Assembly (NCBI GenBank): GCA_963702425.1
Contig: CAVPCQ010000011.1
Span: 1-64,000 of the forward strand
Length of the DNA: 64,000 nt
Direction of reading: 5' to 3'
From: an uncultured Acidobacteriota bacterium
GTDB taxonomy: Bacteria > Acidobacteriota > Polarisedimenticolia > J045
Part shown: in pieces, positions 57,346-64,000 of the stretch
Layout: each line of letters opens with the position of its first letter
How positions within the stretch are numbered: the first letter of the stretch is position 1
Translations under genes and position numbers: made by a program
Notes under the pieces: model-generated
What the model saw: the letters and a program-made list of their open reading frames with translations, nothing else
Databases searched by the model: none
What the model was told of the DNA's origin: nothing

Positions 57346-60300
57346 TCAGCGAGCGTCCCCTGAGGTGTTCGCCGCGACGATGCGGTAGTACACGAGGCCC
57401 GGTACGGGCGCTCCCGCCTGCTCGCGGTACTCGGTCGTGTTCACCAGCGCGACCTCGACCAGGTTCTGCGGGTCGGTGCCGCGGTAGACGTGGTAGCGGT
57501 CGGCCGGCCCGTGATCGAGGTCGGCGACCGGCGGCTTCCAGGTCAGGACGGTCTCGGCCCCGAGCCTCTCGACCAGGAGCTGCGCGCCGTCGATCGGGAG
57601 CGGCGGTGCGAGGATCCCGCCCGCGATCGTGAACGGCGCCGCGCTGTCGTCGCTGCCGAGGAGCCGGCCGGTGACGTCGTACGACAGGACCCGGACGATC
57701 GCGTTCGTCGTCGCGGGACCGGCCGCCGTCCAGTCGAAGGAGGTCGCGGTCAGCTGCGTGGCGAGCGTCTCCCAGGTGGATCCGCCGTCGCGCGAGAGCT
57801 GGATCGTGTAGCGGTGCGCGATCTCGCTGGAGGACTCGTTCCAGCGGATCGGAACGGGCTGGCCGGCCGTGAAGTAGGCGCCCGGGACCGGCGCGTACTG
57901 GTCCGGATCACCGGTGCGGATGTAGTCCGTCCCGCGGAACCACTGGACGTCCTCCACCTCGCCCATGATCGTGACCGGGATCAGCATCCCTTCGGCGAGC
58001 GTGGTCTTGACCAGGTTCCAGTCGAACCAGAAGGTCGCCTCCTCGATGCCGTTGTGGTTGTCGTCGGTGTAGTAGGGCGCCGGGTCCGCCAGCGCCGGGA
58101 CCACGTCGTTCATCACGACCGAGGAGAGGCGGATGTCGTGCGGGTTCAGCCCGGCCGGCAGCTCGACCGTCATCCGCACCCGAAGGATGCCGGTGTCGGC
58201 GAAGCGGAGCACCTTCGGGACGAACTCCGTCAGCGTCGGCTCGATCACGCCCACGTTGACGAAGACGGGAACTTCGACGAGCGGGTTGTAGGGGTCGTTG
58301 CTGCGGAGCTGGATCGTCCCCTCGTGCATCCCGTCCTCGAGGCCGGCCACGTCGAGCAGCACGCTCACGTCCTGGTTGCCGCCCTCCGCGACCGTCCCTT
58401 CCTCCGGTGCGATGTGCAACCACTGCGGGATGTTCTTGAATTCGATCGCCATCTCGCTGTGGACGTAGTCCTGGTTGAACACGACGGTCAGGCCGTCGCT
58501 CTTGCCGGCGTCCTGGATCCCGATCGTGCCCGAGTTGAGCAGGCCGCTCATGCTCTTGTACTGGAGCAGGACCCGGCCGTTCGGGAAGAGCTGGATCTGG
58601 AAGGTGAAGAGCGACCCCGCGGTCAGGCGCTCCACGTTGTTCCACTGGACGATGAAGCGCGAGCCGTCCGACCAGGTGAAGACCTTCCCGGTCGTCCGCA
58701 TGTGCAGGTCGTCCCAGAACGCCGCGATCAGGTTCTCCGGGACCGCCGTGCCGGTGTTCGGCAGCGGCTGGTTGGTATAGGCGGTCAGGCTGGAGGTGAA
58801 GGAGAGCCAGCCGTTGGTGCAGACGCTCGCGGTGGTGAAGGAGTTCCCGTAGAAGGGGAACGAGATCCCGAGCGGAACGCTGAGCGCCGTCTGGTCGTCG
58901 CCGGTCAGCCCGGTCAGTTGGGTGCCGATCGCGCTGATGTCGAACCAGTCGTAGGCCGGGCCGCCGGCCTCGTTGGAGTCGACCCAGCGGTAGCCGTAGA
59001 GGTCCGGGCCGCCGGTGCCGAGTGCCCCTTCGCGCGTGTCCTCCTCGCCCTTCTCCAGTTCGACGTAGGTCCCGGGCGTGACGCCGACCGCGATCGAGAT
59101 CAGGTTCGTGCCGCCGTCCCAGACCAGGTCCGAGCCGCCGGCGTTGGCGATGTTGAGGACCTTCGTCCCCTGGCCGCCCGGCGGGAGCGCGGCGTGGATC
59201 TCGGGCGGGGTGGCGTGCATCTCGGGCGGCCAGAGCCCTTCGCCCTGGAGCGGGACGATGAGCGCGGGCTCGTCCGGGTCGTCGCTGACCAGCGTCAGCG
59301 CGCCGAGCCGGGTCCCTTCGTCAAGCGGCAGGAAGCTGACGGTGACCGGGATCGAGCCGCCCGGCCCGAGGTCGACCGGAGGCGCGAGACCCGCCGCTTG
59401 GAACTCGCCTTCGACCGTCAGGCCCGTGATGTGCACGGTGTCGGAGCCGACGTTCCGGACGTTCAGGACCTGCTGGCTGCTGAACCCGACGAAGGTCGTC
59501 GGGAAGAGCAGTGACGTCGGCTGCGCGTCGATGTCCGGCGTGCCGATCACGTGGAGCGAAACCGGGACGGAGATCGCCGCGTGGACGGGGTCGTTCGTCA
59601 CGAGGTCGATCGTCGCGGCGTAGTTGCCCCCCAGCAGTCCCGTCGAGTCGATCGTCACGTCGAGATCGGTCGCCAGGCCGGCGCCGACGGTGCCGGAGGT
59701 GGGGGACACTCGGAGCCAGTTGGCCGGCGGCGAGAACTCCACCGCCAGGCTGTCGTGGACATAGGCGGCGTTGTAGACCACCGTCAGGCCGTCGTTCTTG
59801 TCGGCGTTCTGGATGCCGACCGTCGCCTCGTTGAGCCGCGTCCCCTGCATGTCGAGGTACTGGTAGACGATCTTACCGCTCGGATACAGGATGACCTGGT
59901 ACGTGTATGGCCCGCCCGAGGAGTAGCGCGGCACCGCGACATAGGAAACGATCAGGCGGCTGCCATCATTGTAGTAGTAGGCGGCGCCGGCTGTGCGGAA
60001 GTCCTGGTCGTCGTGGAATACGGCAAGCAGGTTCTCCGGCGCCGACGTGCTGGGCAGCTGGTAGTTGGTCAGGCTGGTCGCAGTCGACGTGAACGACAGG
60101 AAGCCGTTCGTGCAGGCGCGGAAGGTGTTGAAGGTCTGCCCGTAGAACGGGAAGTCGAAGCCGATCGGGAACGTCCCGAGGTTCTGGTCGTCGGCGTTCA
60201 GCGGGATCGGCGTTCCGATCGACGAGATGTCGACCCAGCCGAAGGCGGGACCTCCGGGTGCGTCGGAGTCCTTCCAGCGGTAGCCGAACACGTCCGGGCC

Positions 60301-63300
60301 GCCCGAGCCGAGGATCCCCGGCCGGGTGTCCGCCTCGTCCTTCTTGAGCTCGGGGCTGGAGTCGACGGTCACGACGGCTCCGCTGTCGAGCTGGACGGCG
60401 ACGGCGAAGGTCAGATCGGAGCCGCCCTGGTTCGCGAGGTTCAGCGTACGGTGGACGAGCTCGCCGCTGTTCATCGACTCGGCGAAGTGGTCGGGCGCCC
60501 AGACGGCGACCGGCGGCAGGATCGCGTTGCCCGTCACCGGCAGGATCGCGTCCGGCGTCACGGGGTCGCTGGAGAGGACGTGGACCTGCGCGTCGAGCGG
60601 TGCCGGCAGCATCGGGGCCCAGCGCAGGTTGAACAGCCGCGCCTGGCCCGGCAACAGCGGGAACTCGGCCTCGGGGATCGCCTCGCCCCCCTGCGGGTCC
60701 TCGACGAGCAGAGTCGGGTCGCTGCTGTAGACGCTCGAGACGTTCAGAACGTCGGTCCCGTTGTTCACGACCTGGAACGTCGTGAGGTACGAGTAGCCGG
60801 TGTATCGCGTTCCGTAGGCGTAGGACGTCGGAACGAGGCCGACGATCGGCGCGCCGATGACGTGCAGGGTCGCCGGGACCCGTTCCGTCGCCTGCGAGGG
60901 GATGTTGGTCGTGAGGACCACCGCCCCCGTCAGGTCGCCGCCGTTGCGGCTCGTCGAGTCGAACTTGACGTCGAAGGCGAACGACGCGCCGGGCGGAACC
61001 GACGCGTGGTTCGGGGTCACGGTGAGCCAGTCCGGCACGCGGCTGAACTGCACCGCGAGACCGCTGTGGACGTAGTTCGCGTTGTAGTTGGCCGTGAGAC
61101 CGATCGTTTTCGTACCGTCCTGGATCCCGATCGTCGCCGAATTCAGCGTCCCGGCCATCGTCCTGTACTGCAGCAGGATCTTGCCGCTGGGGTAGAGCTG
61201 GACCTGGAAGGTCAGCGGGCTGCCCGACGGCGAATACTTCTCGACGTTGGTGTACTGGATGATGAAGCGGGTCCCGTCGTTGAGGTACTTGACGTTCCCG
61301 GTCCTGAGGTGCAGATCGTCCCAGAAGATCGCGATCTGGTTCTTGGCGCCCGACGTCGACGGCAAGCTGTAGTTCGACAGTCGCGTCGAGGTGTCGGTCG
61401 TGTCGAACGTGAGGAAGCCGTTGGTCCCGACCTTCAGAGACGAGAAGTTGCTTCCGTAGAACGGGAAGGTCATCCCCATGCTGATCGCGGCGGAGAGCGC
61501 GTCGTCCTGGCTCGTGAACGTGATCGTCGTGCCCGTCCCGCTGATGTCGACGAAGTCGTAGGCCGGGCCACCCGACTCGTCGGAGTCCTTCCAGCGGTAG
61601 CCGAACGCGTCCGGCCCGCCCGCGCCTTCGGCGCTTTCGTCGGGCGCGTAGACCAGGCCGGTGCCGTTGCCGCTCACGCCCTGGTCGGCCGCGGCGGTGA
61701 CCTCGAGGGTCGATCCGCCGGTGTTCGTGACGTTGAGTTGACGAACGACCTGGTGGCCGCTGTACAGCGTCTCGTCGAACAGGGCCGGGTCGACGATCAT
61801 GATCGGCGCCGCAACGGCGTTCCCGGTCACCGGAACGGCCAGGCTCGGGTCGGCGGCGTCGTTGCTCTGGACCGTCAGCGAGCCGCTGAACGGGCCGATG
61901 AGGGTCGGCGCCCAGGTTACGGTGACGTTCTGCGAGCCGCGCGGCGGGACGTCGAAGACGTTCGGCGTGGCCGTCAACTCGGGTGCGCTGCCCACGATTT
62001 CGGTCACGTGCAGGACGTCGGTCCCGTCGTTGGCCACGATCAGCGACGCCGTGTGCGGGTTGTTGACGAACCGGTCGCCGTAGTCGATCGAGGCCGGCTG
62101 GACGGCGATGTCGGGCGCGCCCGTCACCTGGAGCGTGACCTGCACCGGGATGTTGGGCTGCGCCGGATCGTTGGTCAGGATGTTCACCGTGCCGGGGTAG
62201 GTCCCGCCCTCGAGCCCCGAGGCGTCCATGTGGACGTTGATCGGGATCGACTCGCCGGCGTGCAGCCGCCCCGAGGAGGGCGACGCCGTCAGCCACTGCG
62301 GCGTGGCGGCGATCCGGACCGCGAGTTCGTCGTGGATGTAGGCCTGGTTGAAGGCGACCTGCAGCCCGACGGTCTTCGAGGCGTCCTGGATCCCGACCGT
62401 CGCGCTGTTCACCGCGCCGGTCATCGCCAGGTACTGGAACGTGACCGCCCCGCTCTGGTCGATGATCGCCTGGAATGTGAAGGTCCCCGTGCCGCTGTAG
62501 GGCGCAATCGCGTTCCACTGCACGATCGCCTTGTTGCCGAAGGACTCGAAGAAGATCTTCTGGGTCCCGGCCGGGTTGAGGTCGTCCCAGAACGGAGCGA
62601 TCAGATTCTCGGGCGCGCCAGTGCTCGGCAGCGGCTGGTTCGAGTACGAGCTGGCGCTGCTCGTGAACGACAGCCAGCCGTTGGTGCAGACCCGGATCGA
62701 GTCGAAGAAGGTCCCGTAGAACGCGACGTTGAAGCCGAGCGCGAGCGGGCCGCTCGTCGCATCGTCGGCCGTGATGTTGATCGGTGTGCCGGTGGCGGCG
62801 ATGTCGGTCCAGGCGAAGACCGGGCCGCCCGGCTCGTCGCTGTCCATCCAGCGGTAGCCGAAGGTGTCCGGCCCGCCGGCGTTCGCCACCACGGGCTCGC
62901 CGTGGCGCGGGTCGATCTCGTCCTTCCCGAGCTTGAGCGGCTCGGCGACGGCCTGCGGCTCGCCGACCGAGGGCGACGGGATCGTGAAGTCGAGCGTCCC
63001 TACGCCGGTGTTGGTCAGCGTGACGACGTGATCCGACTGCTCGCCCGTGAACAGCGCGTCCGCGATCGTGAGCGGATCCGCGACGGCGGTCGGCGGCGGC
63101 AGCGTCGAGGCCTCGACGACGTTGGACAGGGGTCCCACGTTCCCCCATTCGTCGAACGCCTTCATCGCGAAGTAGTAGAGCTTGTTGGCGTCGAGGCCGC
63201 GGACCTCCATCTGCTGGATCGTCCCGGCCACGGCCGGCACCGGCTCGTTCCCGGCACGCTCCGCCGCCGCGAAGTTCCCCTCGTCGATCGGCGAGAGCGA

Positions 63301-64000
63301 ATAGCGAACCTCGTAGTAGGTCGCCGTTCCGGTCAGGCCGTCGTCGCCGGGCGCGGTCCAGGTCAGGCCCATCGTGTTCGAGCCCGGGTCGGAGGCGGCC
63401 AGGTTCACGACCGCGCCAGGCGGCACGTCGTCCGGCTCGGCGATCGCGAAGAAGGCATTGAGCCGGCCGCTGCTGACGACCAACCCCTGCATCGACGCGA
63501 TGTGGTCGACCGAGTTGAGCAGCACGCTCTTCATCTGCGCCACCGGGATGTTCGGCGAGATCGAGCGGATCAGCGCGCAGGCGCCGGAGACGTGCGGCGT
63601 CGCCATCGAGGTGCCGGAGAGCGAACCGTAGGTGTTCCCCGGCATCGTGCTCAGGATGTTCGTTCCGGGCGCGGCCAGGTCGACCGACGTCGGTCCCCAG
63701 TTCGAGAACGACGACTTGGCGTCATTGTGGTCGGTCGCCGCGACCGAGATGATGTTCGGCAGGTCGTAGTTGCTGGGGTAGTGCGGCGAGGTATCGTTGT
63801 TGACGTTGTCGTTGCCGGCCGCCGCGACGAAGGCGATCTCCTGCGCGCCGGCGCGCGCGATCGCGTCGTACAGCGTCTGCGAGAAGCCGCCGCCACCCCA
63901 CGAATTGCTCGTCAGGTCGACGCCCATCATCGTCGCGTAGTCGACCGCGCGGACGGCGTTGTCGGTGCTGCCCGAGCCGCTGGCGCTCAGGAACTTGAGC
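57346..64000 (-). CDS. Giant S8 subtilase with FN3 and repeated nidogen-like/Ig modules (5' end off window)
   Basis: LKFL...SNSWGG, AAAGN, DLAAPG, GTSMATPHVSG; FN3; four GGPDx[FY]GYRWxDS modules with Ig-like spacers; more than 2194 aa. Confidence 0.94.
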   Translation of the reverse strand, partial: LKFLSASGSGSTDNAVRAVDYATMMGVDLTSNSWGGGGFSQTLYDAIARAGAQEIAFVAAAGNDNVNNDTSPHYPSNYDLPNIISVAATDHNDAKSSFSNWGPTSVDLAAPGTNILSTMPGNTYGSLSGTSMATPHVSGACALIRSISPNIPVAQMKSVLLNSVDHIASMQGLVVSSGRLNAFFAIAEPDDVPPGAVVNLAASDPGSNTMGLTWTAPGDDGLTGTATYYEVRYSLSPIDEGNFAAAERAGNEPVPAVAGTIQQMEVRGLDANKLYYFAMKAFDEWGNVGPLSNVVEASTLPPPTAVADPLTIADALFTGEQSDHVVTLTNTGVGTLDFTIPSPSVGEPQAVAEPLKLGKDEIDPRHGEPVVANAGGPDTFGYRWMDSDEPGGPVFAWTDIAATGTPINITADDATSGPLALGFNVAFYGTFFDSIRVCTNGWLSFTSSASSYSNQPLPSTGAPENLIAPFWDDLNPAGTQKIFFESFGNKAIVQWNAIAPYSGTGTFTFQAIIDQSGAVTFQYLAMTGAVNSATVGIQDASKTVGLQVAFNQAYIHDELAVRIAATPQWLTASPSSGRLHAGESIPINVHMDASGLEGGTYPGTVNILTNDPAQPNIPVQVTLQVTGAPDIAVQPASIDYGDRFVNNPHTASLIVANDGTDVLHVTEIVGSAPELTATPNVFDVPPRGSQNVTVTWAPTLIGPFSGSLTVQSNDAADPSLAVPVTGNAVAAPIMIVDPALFDETLYSGHQVVRQLNVTNTGGSTLEVTAAADQGVSGNGTGLVYAPDESAEGAGGPDAFGYRWKDSDESGGPAYDFVDISGTGTTITFTSQDDALSAAISMGMTFPFYGSNFSSLKVGTNGFLTFDTTDTSTRLSNYSLPSTSGAKNQIAIFWDDLHLRTGNVKYLNDGTRFIIQYTNVEKYSPSGSPLTFQVQLYPSGKILLQYRTMAGTLNSATIGIQDGTKTIGLTANYNANYVHSGLAVQFSRVPDWLTVTPNHASVPPGASFAFDVKFDSTSRNGGDLTGAVVLTTNIPSQATERVPATLHVIGAPIVGLVPTSYAYGTRYTGYSYLTTFQVVNNGTDVLNVSSVYSSDPTLLVEDPQGGEAIPEAEFPLLPGQARLFNLRWAPMLPAPLDAQVHVLSSDPVTPDAILPVTGNAILPPVAVWAPDHFAESMNSGELVHRTLNLANQGGSDLTFAVAVQLDSGAVVTVDSSPELKKDEADTRPGILGSGGPDVFGYRWKDSDAPGGPAFGWVDISSIGTPIPLNADDQNLGTFPIGFDFPFYGQTFNTFRACTNGFLSFTSTATSLTNYQLPSTSAPENLLAVFHDDQDFRTAGAAYYYNDGSRLIVSYVAVPRYSSGGPYTYQVILYPSGKIVYQYLDMQGTRLNEATVGIQNADKNDGLTVVYNAAYVHDSLAVEFSPPANWLRVSPTSGTVGAGLATDLDVTIDSTGLLGGNYAATIDLVTNDPVHAAISVPVSLHVIGTPDIDAQPTSLLFPTTFVGFSSQQVLNVRNVGSDTVHITGLTVEGEFQAAGLAPPVDLGPGGSIPVTVSFLPLDEGTRLGALTLVSDDPDEPALIVPLQGEGLWPPEMHATPPEIHAALPPGGQGTKVLNIANAGGSDLVWDGGTNLISIAVGVTPGTYVELEKGEEDTREGALGTGGPDLYGYRWVDSNEAGGPAYDWFDISAIGTQLTGLTGDDQTALSVPLGISFPFYGNSFTTASVCTNGWLSFTSSLTAYTNQPLPNTGTAVPENLIAAFWDDLHMRTTGKVFTWSDGSRFIVQWNNVERLTAGSLFTFQIQLFPNGRVLLQYKSMSGLLNSGTIGIQDAGKSDGLTVVFNQDYVHSEMAIEFKNIPQWLHIAPEEGTVAEGGNQDVSVLLDVAGLEDGMHEGTIQLRSNDPYNPLVEVPVFVNVGVIEPTLTEFVPKVLRFADTGILRVRMTVELPAGLNPHDIRLSSVVMNDVVPALADPAPYYTDDNHNGIEEATFWFDWNLVKTTLAEGMLIPVTIMGEVEDVQWFRGTDYIRTGDPDQYAPVPGAYFTAGQPVPIRWNESSSEIAHRYTIQLSRDGGSTWETLATQLTATSFDWTAAGPATTNAIVRVLSYDVTGRLLGSDDSAAPFTIAGGILAPPLPIDGAQLLVERLGAETVLTWKPPVADLDHGPADRYHVYRGTDPQNLVEVALVNTTEYREQAGAPVPGLVYYRIVAANTSGDAR

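Noticed and set aside
1-64000. tRNA or rRNA genes
   Set aside because: No cloverleaf or rRNA-like conserved segments were recognised in the intergenic regions.

Overview
Very GC-rich bacterial chromosome segment. Gene content (TonB, TPR-sulfatase, tricorn protease, large secreted Cys-rich and Ig-repeat proteins) suggests a diderm such as an Acidobacteriota-type genome; this taxonomy is inferred. It carries about 35 genes. Housekeeping and transport: SpoIIE-type phosphatase, YdbS/YdbT pair, ClC, AmpG, APC permease, ppk1, TetR-TolC-RND-MFP pump, ettA, MATE. Secreted proteolysis: M2/ACE, C1A, S41 tricorn and a giant S8. Also present are an HTH-MNT/HEPN toxin-antitoxin pair missed by the ORF track, a GDPD-FGGY kinase fusion, a tetraheme cytochrome c, a B12-radical SAM enzyme, GTAG-type REP repeats and a MITE-like element. 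The most notable pattern is a ~110-125 aa C-terminal domain (PxE...C...[YF][FL]xxxxN..xG.[YL]G..SAG..[R]...C) shared by otherwise unrelated secreted proteins: a papain-like protease, the multiheme cytochrome, a Cys-rich unknown protein and, more weakly, the subtilase. It is a candidate lineage-specific C-terminal sorting or surface-attachment domain. The assembly shows long-read-type errors: several single-base frameshifts and a 4.7 kb low-quality insert bounded by a 92 bp direct repeat inside a cupin gene.
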